Below are positions 49,051 to 59,479 of a DNA stretch of 64,000 nt, piece by piece. Source of the DNA: an uncultured Nitrospinaceae bacterium (GTDB lineage Bacteria; UBA8248). The notes beneath the pieces were generated by a model. The model searched no databases. It saw only the letters and a program-made list of their open reading frames with translations, and was not told where the DNA came from. Location: contig CAXFSR010000049.1 of NCBI GenBank assembly GCA_964005815.1, positions 366 through 64,365 of the forward strand, written 5' to 3'. The stretch's first letter is position 1; the number at the start of each line of letters is the position of its first letter. Both the position numbers and the translations under genes were made by a program.

Positions 49051-50226
49051 CTAAAGATGTTTGACAACTTTCATTCTTTGAACTGCATCACCTGCTAAAT
49101 GAGTCCATACAGCACCGTCTCTTTGCAATTTTTCTGCACCAACATCTTTCATCACGCCCTCTCCACCATGGATATCAACATTTAAACAGGTAACCCTTTG
49201 TATTACATCAGAGGAAAAATTCATGCAAAGTATTCCATGCCTAGGGTCACGTTTATTTCCAAGTTCACTATCACAAGCAGTCCTTAACACATAAGATCTC
49301 AGAGCTTCTGTAAGCATATGCATCTCCGCAAGTTTCAGTTGAATCGCCTGATGTTCAATAATATATTTCCCCCCCTGCCATCTTGTCCTAGCATGATTCA
49401 TCGCCATATCACATGCAGCTTGACAGACTCCTGTGGCATTAGCAGCTAACTCCAAATCATTAAATTCAGAGGTATCCCCTCGCCTAACTTTAATACCTTC
49501 ATTAACCCCCCCAATCATATTCGCATGCGGAACACGTGCATTTTCAAAAATCAGCTCCGCGTTTTGGTAAAAACGCCAACCAGTTTTATCGTATACCTTT
49601 CCAACTCTAAAACCAGGGGTATCAGTTGGAACCAAAAAAAGAGTCGAACCATCAACCATGTTGACTGATGGATCTGTTCTAGCATCTATAAAGAAAAGTT
49701 TTGCAACACTTCCATTTGCTATATAACGCTTTGTTCCATTTAAAATCCATTCGTCTCCATCTCTCTCGGCTTTCATCATCCAACCGGTCGAGGGATCATC
49801 AAGTTGCAATCGATTATCTGAGCCTGCAGCAGGCTCAGTACCACCTTTCCCTAACAAATAAGTATCGTCAGCAATAAATGGCTTCAGGAATCGTTCCTTC
49901 TGATCTTCTGTACAAATAGCCGAAATTAAATGACTCCACTTCCAACATTGACTAAATGTCTTTGCAATAGCACTATCACCACGTGCAAGTTCTTCCATTA
50001 CTAGAACCTGAGTAACGAAATCTATCCCATGACCACCCCATTCTTTAGCAACTACTGCGGTTCTAAAACCTAATGCAGAACCCTTCTTTATAATCTCCCA
50101 ATCAAACGTTTCTCTAGGATCTAGTATCTGGTCTCTTTCCAGAGAGATGGGCTTTATTTCTTCCTCAGCAAATTTCCTTGCTTTCATCTGCCAGGAAATC
50201 TGTTCTTCATTGAGTTTAAAATCCAT
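49051..50226 (-). CDS. acyl-CoA dehydrogenase family protein
   Basis: 391 aa with an ACAD three-domain pattern. Second ACAD in the island. Confidence 0.8.
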   Translation of the reverse strand: MDFKLNEEQISWQMKARKFAEEEIKPISLERDQILDPRETFDWEIIKKGSALGFRTAVVAKEWGGHGIDFVTQVLVMEELARGDSAIAKTFSQCWKWSHLISAICTEDQKERFLKPFIADDTYLLGKGGTEPAAGSDNRLQLDDPSTGWMMKAERDGDEWILNGTKRYIANGSVAKLFFIDARTDPSVNMVDGSTLFLVPTDTPGFRVGKVYDKTGWRFYQNAELIFENARVPHANMIGGVNEGIKVRRGDTSEFNDLELAANATGVCQAACDMAMNHARTRWQGGKYIIEHQAIQLKLAEMHMLTEALRSYVLRTACDSELGNKRDPRHGILCMNFSSDVIQRVTCLNVDIHGGEGVMKDVGAEKLQRDGAVWTHLAGDAVQRMKVVKHL

Positions 50227-50262
50227 TATTAAGAACTCCTATTTTAATTAACAATTTTGAAT

Positions 50263-51852
50263 TTAATTTTCTAAAAATGGCTTAGGTACTTGTGTCCACC
50301 ATTTATCAATATTTAAGTCTTCACAAATTGCATTCGCAGCATTATAACCAGGTGCACCATTGAGTCCACCTCCATGACAACTAGAACCACATAAATAAAA
50401 TTTTTCTAATGGAGTCCTCATTCCAGAAAGTAAAGGATGTGGACGATTAACACCCAGTTGATCCGAAGTATAAGCTCCCATTCTAACCGCGCCCTCCACA
50501 ATATTCTTGTTCCTAATATTTAAATCATTAGGAGAATATAATTTTGCAGCACGAATAATATTACCTTTTAAATTAGGAGCATATTCACTCCATATGTCAA
50601 TTAATTGTTGTGTCACCGATTCCTTAATTTCATTCCATTTTTCAGGAGAATCACCGCCAATTCTATAGGGAGCGCCAGGCCACCAGAATGCAACATGGCC
50701 ATCTTCCGGAGCGTAACTTGAATCAAATAAACTGTTACATGCACCGTTTCCCATGGGCATTGAGGGAAATTTTCCACTTCGTCTTTCCTCAGTATTTTTT
50801 GAGACTTCCTCATCTGTATCAGCACCGAAAATTACATTAAAAGATTTTGCTACATCAGGATCATATTTCTCTGCGAAATATTTCGGTGCTTCACTGAGAG
50901 CTAGGTGTAATGTCATCAACGAATGAAATCCCCAATCCCAATTATTCATTTTTTCATTTACTTCCTCTGGGAAAGCGTCCTCTCCTGCAATACGAATTGA
51001 AGAAGGAGCATTTAAACCACTTGCAATAAATGAACTTGCAGAAATCTTTGAACCATTTTCAAGAACTACTCCTCCCGCATTTCCATTTTCACGATAAACT
51101 TCCTCTACCTTGCAATCTCTAAAAACTTCACCGCCATAGGATTTAATTAATTTTTCTAAAGATTTTGGTAATTCAAGAGCACCCCCAACAGAAAGACCTA
51201 AAGTAGTTTGAGATGAAAAAAGACTAGGCAAAAACATTCCTGTTCCTGGTTCATCTTCTACAGTGATTGCGTGAGCAAACAATTTAAATAATGTTCTCAA
51301 TTTAGGATGCTCAAAATAGGTATCTATTGCCTCTCCAATACTCATTTTTGCGAATGAGAGCAACTCTTTCCCTTTTTCCCCCGTAATCCTATTTCCAATT
51401 TCTTCAGGAGATAGTGGAGCATGAAAAAGAAAACTTCGTAAAAGAGGTCCTAATTCTACTGCATATCGCTCGAATAAATAATTATAGGATTCAGCATCGT
51501 TTTTTGAGATTCGAGAAATAGAAGAAACGCTTTTTTCTACATCTCTATGAAGAACTACAGACGTGCCATCTCTATATAGTGCAGCATGTTGAACTTCTGG
51601 TGTTACCCATTTAAATCCATACTTAGATAATTCCAAATCATTAACGATTGGAAAATCTTCTAATCCAATAAAAAAATTAGCATGCATATTAGACTTGTAG
51701 CCAGGAAGGAGGAATTCTTCTGTAGAAGCGGCACCACCTATTTCTGATTCTGATTCAAAAACAGCAACCTTAAGACCACATTTTGCCAAGTAAGCAGCAC
51801 AAACTAGACTGTTGTGACCAGCTCCAATTAAAATACCGTCATATGTATCCAC
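50263..51852 (-). CDS. phytoene desaturase-family NAD(P)/FAD-dependent oxidoreductase (CrtI-like)
   Basis: 529 aa. N-terminal DGILIGAGHNSLVCAAYLAKCGLKVAVFE is an FAD Rossmann fold of CrtI-family topology. Confidence 0.75.
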   Translation of the reverse strand: MDTYDGILIGAGHNSLVCAAYLAKCGLKVAVFESESEIGGAASTEEFLLPGYKSNMHANFFIGLEDFPIVNDLELSKYGFKWVTPEVQHAALYRDGTSVVLHRDVEKSVSSISRISKNDAESYNYLFERYAVELGPLLRSFLFHAPLSPEEIGNRITGEKGKELLSFAKMSIGEAIDTYFEHPKLRTLFKLFAHAITVEDEPGTGMFLPSLFSSQTTLGLSVGGALELPKSLEKLIKSYGGEVFRDCKVEEVYRENGNAGGVVLENGSKISASSFIASGLNAPSSIRIAGEDAFPEEVNEKMNNWDWGFHSLMTLHLALSEAPKYFAEKYDPDVAKSFNVIFGADTDEEVSKNTEERRSGKFPSMPMGNGACNSLFDSSYAPEDGHVAFWWPGAPYRIGGDSPEKWNEIKESVTQQLIDIWSEYAPNLKGNIIRAAKLYSPNDLNIRNKNIVEGAVRMGAYTSDQLGVNRPHPLLSGMRTPLEKFYLCGSSCHGGGLNGAPGYNAANAICEDLNIDKWWTQVPKPFLEN

Positions 51853-51914
51853 TTTAACCCCCCATTTGGTTAAATTAGAACAAATACAGTCGAAATCTAA
51901 AAAAAATTATCAAG

Positions 51915-53039
51915 CTATTTCGTTAATTCAGATTGTAATACTTCAGGTTCAATTGGGAGAGCTAGCGGCGCCTCCATTTTGGCAGATAAATCACAAGCCA
52001 TTGTTAACATTAAATTCCTATGTCCTTCCTCGGCAGTACAATGAGGGGTGTCTACTCCTGCGTATATTCTTGCAAGCCAAGAATTTGTTTCTTCACGCAT
52101 GGGACCCCAGAACTGCCCCCTTGAAATATCGCCAGGTGGATAACTAGCTAAGAAGTTAACATGTCTTTCGTCACCACGATGGGCAACCCAAGGCTTTTCT
52201 GTAGCCATAACCATATCTCTATGTGTATCGTCAATAGTAAGAACTCCACCTGTTCCAACTATTCCAATTTCTAAACTATAAGTTGAAGCAGGCCATACAA
52301 CTGGCAAGCCCCAACTACAAGACATGCTCCATAAAGTACCATCCTCAAAAGTGAAAATACTGTAGGTAGAGTCCTGAGTCCCCAGACCAGTTAGAGCCTT
52401 CGCAACCGAACGAGCATATATTTCAGTTGGTTTCTTACCTTCACCTAAGACCCAAAGTATAACGTCTAATGCGTGAGTTCCAGAAATCACCATTGGAGTT
52501 AATAAAGAACGATCCTCGTTTGCTTCTAAGCGCGTTATCCCAACCATTCTATTCAAAAATGCCCTAGTTGTTGCAGATGTTATATCTCCTAATTGACCGG
52601 AGGCAACTTGCTCTCTAGCAACTAACCATTTTCTCCTGAACCTTTGTGTATAACCAACAACTAGATCTATATTTGCGTCTTGTGCTGCTTTAACTATTTT
52701 TGCAGATTCAACTACATTAGTCGCCAGAGGCTTTTCTGCGATGATTCTATGTCCATGTTCTATAGATTCAAAAAGTGTTTCTGCATGTACGTTTTCATCC
52801 GTAGCTAGAACGGCAGAATTAACTTCTGACCTTTTTAATAATTCCTTATAATCAGTCGTAAAAAAGTCTGCATTCAAATCTTCAGCTAGCTGTTTACCTT
52901 TTTTCTCATCAATATCACAACAGCCGATCCACTCTGTACCAGGATATTCTAATGCACAACGCCCTCTAATTCTTCCAACACGACCACAACCTACAATTGC
53001 TAATCCAATTGGAGTCTTTGTTTTATCATTCTCTGGCAC
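51915..53039 (-). CDS. Gfo/Idh/MocA-family oxidoreductase
   Basis: 374 aa with an N-terminal GxGxxG NAD(P) fold (IGLAIVGCGRVGRIRG) and a C-terminal GFO_IDH_MocA_C region. Confidence 0.8.
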   Translation of the reverse strand: MPENDKTKTPIGLAIVGCGRVGRIRGRCALEYPGTEWIGCCDIDEKKGKQLAEDLNADFFTTDYKELLKRSEVNSAVLATDENVHAETLFESIEHGHRIIAEKPLATNVVESAKIVKAAQDANIDLVVGYTQRFRRKWLVAREQVASGQLGDITSATTRAFLNRMVGITRLEANEDRSLLTPMVISGTHALDVILWVLGEGKKPTEIYARSVAKALTGLGTQDSTYSIFTFEDGTLWSMSCSWGLPVVWPASTYSLEIGIVGTGGVLTIDDTHRDMVMATEKPWVAHRGDERHVNFLASYPPGDISRGQFWGPMREETNSWLARIYAGVDTPHCTAEEGHRNLMLTMACDLSAKMEAPLALPIEPEVLQSELTK

Positions 53040-53193
53040 TTTCTTTTTCCCCCATTTTATGCAAAAAAATATATATACATTTTTTCAAGTGAATTTAAGA
53101 ACATTGGTAATATTTATGTAACAAGTATATTGCAAATCATACACAAAATATAATTAAAATTGAGAAAATAAATTAATTTTTAAGGAGAGACCT

Positions 53194-54867
53194 ATGCCGG
53201 AGATAAAGGGAGCTCGATATATCGGAGAGTTCTTAGTTAAGTACGGAGTAAGTACCTTTTTTTTCAAACCATCAGTACTCAGCAAAACTTTAGCGCAGAT
53301 GGATGATTTGCCTATCAAAAGAGTTTTAACTCACGGAGAAAAATCAGCTGCTTATATGGCGGATGGTTACGCAAGAGCATCTGGAAAACCCGGTGTATGC
53401 GGCGCACAAACTGTAGGTGCCGCAAATTTAGCTGCAGGACTCCGAGACGCTTATATGGAGAATAGTCCAGTCATTTCGTTGACGGGAGGCAGATTTCCAC
53501 ACTCGAAACATAAAAGACCTTACCAAGAAATAGATGACTATCCTATATTCGAACCTCTTACAAAAGCAAACTATCAGATAGATGAAGTTGAAAGAATTCC
53601 TGATCTTATGAGACAAGCTTTTAGGGACGCCACATCTGGAACCCCAGGACCAGTGAATCTTCAGTTTCTAGGCCTGCACGGAGAGATTGAAAATGACACT
53701 GCAGATCTAGAAATGATCGTAGAAAAAGAATTTACGCAACTTCCTTCTTACAGGTCGTATCCAGATCATGAACTTCTTGACAAATTACTTGTTAAATTAG
53801 AAAACGCTGAACGTCCAGTAATAATAGTCGACTCTGAAGCAAGGAGATCCGGTGCCGGAAAAGAGTTGTCTGCTCTTTCGGTAAAACTATCCATCCCAAT
53901 CGCAACATCGACTGGAGCATATGCCCTTATACCAGATGATCATCCCAATTATATTGGAGTACCTGGCACATATTCTAGATCATGTTCAAATCAAATATTA
54001 TCTAAGTCTGATTTGGTTATCTTCATTGGTAGTGAATTGGGTGGACAAATTACACATTTTTGGAAACTTCCTGTTCCAGGAACAGAAGTTATTCAAATTG
54101 GAAATGACAGTTCTGAATTCGGAAGAACTTACCCAAATACACTATCAGTTTTAGGAGATGTAAAAGTCACGATACGTGAACTTATAAAAAAGATTCAGCA
54201 AGATAAAGAAGCAACGTCATGGCTTTTAGAAACAAGAAAAATAGTAGAAGAATGGAAAAAAGAACAATCTATTTTTAGAGATTCAGTATCCTCTCCAATG
54301 CGCCCTGAAAGAATAATGAAAGAATTAGGCAATTCCCTTCCAGAAGATGTTCTCTTAGTTTGTGATACTGGACATTCAGCATTATGGGTAACACAACAAT
54401 TATGGATAAATAGTAAATCATGGGATATGATTCGATGTGCTGGCTCTCTTGGGTGGGCATTTCCTGCCTCTATTGGAGCAAAATGTGCTCTACCCGAACG
54501 TCCTGTTGTTTGTTTCACAGGAGATGGTGGTTTTTGGTATCATATTCAAGAAATTGAGACTGCTGCAAGATGCAAAATACCAACTGTAACTGTTGTCAAT
54601 AACAATCATTCAATGAATCAAGAAATAAATGTTTACACCGCTGCTTATGATGGAAACCCATCTGATAAATGGGGAGACATGTGGATTTTTAATAAGGTTA
54701 ATTTCTCTAAAATTGCAAATGAAATGGGTGCTCAAGGAATTAGGGTCGAGGATCCAAATGATATATCATCAGCTTTGGATAAAGGACTCAATACACTTGA
54801 CAAGCCAACCGTAATAGAAGTGATCTCTGATATAAATGCTTTAGCTCCAAAAACATGGACGCCTTAA
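53194..54867 (+). CDS. thiamine-pyrophosphate enzyme (acetolactate synthase / oxalyl-CoA decarboxylase / 2-hydroxyacyl-CoA lyase superfamily)
   Basis: 557 aa with three TPP-enzyme domains and the TPP-binding GDGGF...NN motif (CFTGDGGFWYHIQEIETAARCKIPTVTVVNNN). Paralog at 59480-61168. Confidence 0.8.
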   Translation: MPEIKGARYIGEFLVKYGVSTFFFKPSVLSKTLAQMDDLPIKRVLTHGEKSAAYMADGYARASGKPGVCGAQTVGAANLAAGLRDAYMENSPVISLTGGRFPHSKHKRPYQEIDDYPIFEPLTKANYQIDEVERIPDLMRQAFRDATSGTPGPVNLQFLGLHGEIENDTADLEMIVEKEFTQLPSYRSYPDHELLDKLLVKLENAERPVIIVDSEARRSGAGKELSALSVKLSIPIATSTGAYALIPDDHPNYIGVPGTYSRSCSNQILSKSDLVIFIGSELGGQITHFWKLPVPGTEVIQIGNDSSEFGRTYPNTLSVLGDVKVTIRELIKKIQQDKEATSWLLETRKIVEEWKKEQSIFRDSVSSPMRPERIMKELGNSLPEDVLLVCDTGHSALWVTQQLWINSKSWDMIRCAGSLGWAFPASIGAKCALPERPVVCFTGDGGFWYHIQEIETAARCKIPTVTVVNNNHSMNQEINVYTAAYDGNPSDKWGDMWIFNKVNFSKIANEMGAQGIRVEDPNDISSALDKGLNTLDKPTVIEVISDINALAPKTWTP

Positions 54868-54919
54868 AATTTTAACATTAAACTACTAAATAAATTCGAA
54901 AATTGATGCGAGGGGAAAA

Positions 54920-56110
54920 ATGTCGGAAAACAACTTACCATTATCTAGATTTAAAGTTCTCGATTTAACTACCGCAAGATCTGGTCCAACCGCCGTAAAA
55001 CAACTCGCAGACTGGGGTGCAGATGTTATTAAGATCGAACCTTCAAGAAAAATTATTGCTTCTGGCGGTGGATTATCCAGAGATAGACATGGATATGAAA
55101 TGCAAAACCTTCATAGAAACAAACGAGGGATGACATTAAATCTAAAAAGTGAAGAAGGCAGAGAGATTTTTTATAACCTTGTCAAAAATTCAGACGTAGT
55201 CATAGAAAATTATCGACCAGATGTCAAAAATCGTCTGAAAATAGATTATGAAACTTTAAAATCTATAAACAAAAAAATAATTCTAGGGAGTATCTCAGGT
55301 TTTGGTCAATTTGGTCCGTATTCTAGTCGACCGGGTTTAGACCAGATTGCCCAAGGGTTAAGTGGATTGATGTCCGTAACTGGCATGCCTGAAAATGGAC
55401 CAACAAGAGTAGGTGTTCCAATTGGAGACCTCACCGCAGGAATGATGCTAGCACAAGGTGTACTTCTAGCTTTGCTAGAAAGAGAGAAATCGGGTGAAGG
55501 TCAATGGGTACATACTTCCCTTCTAGAAGGTCTAATTCAAATAATGGATTTACAAGCCGCTCGTTTCTTAATGGCAGGAGAAGTTCCTAAACAAGTTGGG
55601 AACCTACATCCAGTTTATCTACCAACTGGAGTTTTTCCAACTTCTGATTCTTCTATGAATATACAATCTCCCGGTCAAGTTTTTTGGAAAAGATTAAGTG
55701 CTGCCTTAGGAAAACCCGAACTGTTTGAAGATGAAGATTTCAAAACTCCAGAAGACCGATGGAATAATAAAGATAGATTAAACAAAGAAATTTCAGAATT
55801 GACAATGCAGAAAACTACCGCGGAATGGGTTGAAATCCTAAATGATGCCGGAGTGCCTTGTGGCCCAATTCACAGTGTAAATGAGACATTTGCAGATCCG
55901 CAAGTTCAGCAATTAAATATGAATCCTGAACTCGAGCACCCTGTGATCGGAAAGATAAATGTCGTTGGACAGGCAATTAAATTAAGTAGAACTCCGCAAA
56001 AAATGAGATTTACTACACCGGAAGTTGGGGAGCATAATGATCAAATTCTATCTGAGCTAAATTACAGTGAAGAGGACATAGAAAAATTCAAACAAGAGGA
56101 TATCATCTAA
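54920..56110 (+). CDS. family III CoA-transferase (CaiB/BaiF/Frc family)
   Basis: 396 aa. FKVLDLTTARSGPTAVKQLADWGADVIKIE N-terminal signature. Immediately downstream of the TPP-enzyme gene. Confidence 0.85.
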   Translation: MSENNLPLSRFKVLDLTTARSGPTAVKQLADWGADVIKIEPSRKIIASGGGLSRDRHGYEMQNLHRNKRGMTLNLKSEEGREIFYNLVKNSDVVIENYRPDVKNRLKIDYETLKSINKKIILGSISGFGQFGPYSSRPGLDQIAQGLSGLMSVTGMPENGPTRVGVPIGDLTAGMMLAQGVLLALLEREKSGEGQWVHTSLLEGLIQIMDLQAARFLMAGEVPKQVGNLHPVYLPTGVFPTSDSSMNIQSPGQVFWKRLSAALGKPELFEDEDFKTPEDRWNNKDRLNKEISELTMQKTTAEWVEILNDAGVPCGPIHSVNETFADPQVQQLNMNPELEHPVIGKINVVGQAIKLSRTPQKMRFTTPEVGEHNDQILSELNYSEEDIEKFKQEDII

Positions 56111-56114
56111 AATC

Positions 56115-56885
56115 TTAAATCATAAGAATTCCACCATTTACATCTAAGGTTACACCGGTAATGTAACTTGCTTGTCGACTACATAAAAATAGAATCGGCC
56201 AGGCAATTTCTTCCGGATCACACATTCTACCTAAAGGAGAGTTCTTTCTTATTCTGTCCATCTGTTCTTCTGTTCTCATTGCGATAGTTCTAGGAGTATT
56301 CACGTTCGCAGGAGCAACAGAATTTACGGTAATTCCAAAGGGGCCGAACTCTTTAGCTGCTTGTCTTGTTAATGAAAGTAATCCTCCTTTAGAAGCGGTA
56401 TAATGAGGAGAATGTGTAGCAACACGGGCAGCAGCACTTGAAAGAGAGATGATTCTTCCGTAGTTATTTTTTTTCATCAAAGGAGTAATTGCTTTCAGTA
56501 ACAAAAAAAAACTTTTTAAATTGTTATCTACAATATCATCCCACTCATCTACAGGAAGATCCGTGAGTGAAATATATTGTGGAAAACCACCTGCACTATG
56601 AACTAAGGAATGGATATGTCCTGCTTCATTTTCAATTCTTTTGACCGACTTTTGAATTGCTAACCAATCGGTTAAATCAAGGCAGGCAACAAGAGCCTTA
56701 CCTCCTGAGCCAGTAATATCATTGGCAACTCTCTCTACCCCTTTTTTATCGAAATCCATAACTACAACATTCGCACCCCGCGATGCAAATAATTTTGCGC
56801 ACATTTCGCCTATCCCAGTTGCAGCACCTGTAACAACCGCGACCTCTCCATCAAAATTCATAATTAATGAGTCGTGTTTAATCAT
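56115..56885 (-). CDS. SDR-family oxidoreductase
   Basis: 256 aa with TGAATGIG cofactor motif and YxxxK (YTASK) catalytic dyad. Confidence 0.85.
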   Translation of the reverse strand: MIKHDSLIMNFDGEVAVVTGAATGIGEMCAKLFASRGANVVVMDFDKKGVERVANDITGSGGKALVACLDLTDWLAIQKSVKRIENEAGHIHSLVHSAGGFPQYISLTDLPVDEWDDIVDNNLKSFFLLLKAITPLMKKNNYGRIISLSSAAARVATHSPHYTASKGGLLSLTRQAAKEFGPFGITVNSVAPANVNTPRTIAMRTEEQMDRIRKNSPLGRMCDPEEIAWPILFLCSRQASYITGVTLDVNGGILMI

Positions 56886-56897
56886 TATTTTAATTTT

Positions 56898-57791
56898 CTA
56901 ATCGAATCTCTCAGGCAAACCAGCCATTTTTCTTAGAACTTCAAAAACTGCCACAGAATCTCTCTCAGCATGACCATTTTCGTATGCATTTTGTGCTAAT
57001 TGAGACCATATACTAGTCATTAACATTGGAGAACCAAATCTTTGTCCTTGTTCCAACATCAATCTTGAATCCTTTAAAGAAATTTTGATTAAACCTTCTG
57101 GGCTATAATCTCCATTGATCATTTTTGGACCTTTATCTATCATCGTTTTAGATGAACATGCTCCATCTTGAAGTACTTCAAGTAAGTTATTCAATTCCAT
57201 ACCAGCCTTTGTTCCTAAAGACAGGGCCTCAGCAAGTGCAAGTCGATTGCCTGCAAGAACTAAATTGATAATCAATTTCGTAAGAGCTCCAGAACCAACC
57301 GCACCCATCAAATATGAAGCTCGACTAAATCCATCAAAATATGGTTTGCAAGCATTAAAATCTTCTTGTTCCCCTCCTGCAATGATTATCAAATCTTTTT
57401 TCCAAGCCATTGCACTTGTTCCACTAACTGCAGCATCAAGAAAGCGAATCCCTTTCTCTGCTAATTCTTTTCCCAAAACCTCTGAATCTTCAGGTCTCGA
57501 GGTAGTAGCATCAGCTATAATAAGACCTTCTTCTGCACTTTCCATAATCCCATTATTGCCGAAAATTACTTCTCTGACGATATCACTAGTAGGCAGAGAA
57601 GTTATCAGCCAATTTACTCCTTTAGCTGCTGCTGAAGGAGATTCCGCAGAAATTCCACCTCTTTCTACAAATTCGTCAACTCTTTTCCCATCTAAGTCAA
57701 AACCCTGCACCTCATAACCAGCATTAAGAAGATTCCCTGAAATAGCTGAACCCATCAATCCGATTCCTACAATACCAACACGCTCTGACAT
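56898..57791 (-). CDS. NAD(P)-dependent beta-hydroxyacid dehydrogenase (3-hydroxyisobutyrate dehydrogenase family)
   Basis: 297 aa with N-terminal VGIVGIGLMGSAISGNL and an MmsB/6PGDH NAD-binding fold. Confidence 0.8.
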   Translation of the reverse strand: MSERVGIVGIGLMGSAISGNLLNAGYEVQGFDLDGKRVDEFVERGGISAESPSAAAKGVNWLITSLPTSDIVREVIFGNNGIMESAEEGLIIADATTSRPEDSEVLGKELAEKGIRFLDAAVSGTSAMAWKKDLIIIAGGEQEDFNACKPYFDGFSRASYLMGAVGSGALTKLIINLVLAGNRLALAEALSLGTKAGMELNNLLEVLQDGACSSKTMIDKGPKMINGDYSPEGLIKISLKDSRLMLEQGQRFGSPMLMTSIWSQLAQNAYENGHAERDSVAVFEVLRKMAGLPERFD

Positions 57792-57835
57792 ACATTAACC
57801 TCCAACATTAAAATTCTTTAAAATAAAATAGTTAG

Positions 57836-59461
57836 CTATCTAGGAATAAATGGAACAATCAATCTAGATTGTTCCTTCCCAGTTAAAATAGTGTTAGTGA
57901 CAGGTCTAGGAATTGGATCATGTGTGTAAATTAAATTTGTTACTGGATCACATGATGAAATTTCTAATTTTAATGAATGCCCCTCAAGGAACAAATTACA
58001 CGTAGAGACTATTTCAATTTCGTACTCATACACTTCACCAGGATTAATCAACTCTACTTTATTATGAGGGTGCCAAGGTCTCCAATTCTTACTTTTTTGT
58101 GAATCTAATGCTCTATGAGAAGCTTTTAAACAACCACGAGTTAAAACTTTCTCTGAACCATCGGGAAATTCATCTTTAACAAAAACAAACCAATCCGTAT
58201 CATCCTGATCAGAAATTGCAAATAATTTCAGAACTAATGGTCCTGTAATTTCAAATGGTTTTTCCGCTGGTTCAGTTCTAAAAACTAATTTTGGTTCACC
58301 GAGTTTTGACTCTGACGTTCCAGGAACAAATTTATAACATCTCTCCCCATAAGAGGAAACATTTTCAGTAAGCCTTTCGCCATCAAGATAAAGCTCCTTC
58401 CAATCCGTTCTCTCTAAAGGCCATTCTTTCTCAGTCCTCCAAGTATTTTCTCCTTGAATAAAAATATTAATCGGAGGACCTTCATTTACTCCTGTATCCA
58501 ATTCTTTCAAATAATGGTCATACCAGCGAAGAGCCTCAAAATGATATACGCCAAAAGGTCTTCTAGGCTGGGGTTCAGGACCAATCAACATTCTTTTTGG
58601 GGTACTTTGAGGTATTAAATCCCAACCCTCAAAAGCCCCTCTTAAATGAAGACCATAAAAATTCCAATCGCATCCAAGATATGTGGGAACTTCTATTTTG
58701 CATAAATTAGACCATGAAGACCGCTCTTGAAAGTACTCACAGTCAAGACTATCTTTTCCACTTAAAACTCGATTAAAATGATAATTAAAACCAGAGAGAT
58801 CTTTCACACGACCACTTGTATGATTCAAGAACATTAAACTCGTGAACCAAAAACGCGCCCAAGCAGAATAGATTCCTCCATGATAATAGGCATCACGATA
58901 TAAATCAGTCATTGCATCATATGGAAAGATTGCAGAAAGTCCTTCGGGTTGCTGTTGCGCGGCAAGTAATTGACTCATCCCAAAATAAGAACATCCAATC
59001 ATACCTACTTTTCCATTACACCAAGGTTGATTAGCAATAAACTCTATCATCTCTTTTAAGTCTTTTTGTTCTTCTGGACCCCAATGATCCCATGCCCCTC
59101 CCGAATCATTAGAACCTCTAACATCTGCAATAATTTGAACATAGCCCCTAGGCACCCAAAATTCAGTCAGTCCTGCCTCATTTTGTCCGATAGGAACCAT
59201 GGTTGGCTGTAGTTGTCGAGTGTATGGAGACCAAGAAAGCAGAGCTGGAAATTTTTCGCCAGAAACATTAGGTCTATACACATCATAAAAGATATCTATC
59301 CCATCTCTTACCGTAAGTGTTTTTGAGTTTTCTATGAAAACAGAATATTTAGGAAGAGAAATTTCCCTGCTCTTGGGTTCTTCATTAAAAGGATATTGCG
59401 GCCAGGAAGATGGATTGATAGTTCGAATGCTTTCCGGATTCACTTTGGGAAATTGATTCAT
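57836..59461 (-). CDS. CocE/NonD-family hydrolase (paralog)
   Basis: 541 aa. Collinear similarity to 34456-36102 (e.g. VRDGIDIFYDVYRP...LLSWSPY; GPPINIFIQGENTWR). Confidence 0.8.
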   Translation of the reverse strand: MNQFPKVNPESIRTINPSSWPQYPFNEEPKSREISLPKYSVFIENSKTLTVRDGIDIFYDVYRPNVSGEKFPALLSWSPYTRQLQPTMVPIGQNEAGLTEFWVPRGYVQIIADVRGSNDSGGAWDHWGPEEQKDLKEMIEFIANQPWCNGKVGMIGCSYFGMSQLLAAQQQPEGLSAIFPYDAMTDLYRDAYYHGGIYSAWARFWFTSLMFLNHTSGRVKDLSGFNYHFNRVLSGKDSLDCEYFQERSSWSNLCKIEVPTYLGCDWNFYGLHLRGAFEGWDLIPQSTPKRMLIGPEPQPRRPFGVYHFEALRWYDHYLKELDTGVNEGPPINIFIQGENTWRTEKEWPLERTDWKELYLDGERLTENVSSYGERCYKFVPGTSESKLGEPKLVFRTEPAEKPFEITGPLVLKLFAISDQDDTDWFVFVKDEFPDGSEKVLTRGCLKASHRALDSQKSKNWRPWHPHNKVELINPGEVYEYEIEIVSTCNLFLEGHSLKLEISSCDPVTNLIYTHDPIPRPVTNTILTGKEQSRLIVPFIPR

Positions 59462-59479
59462 CGCATTCCTCTAAAATCT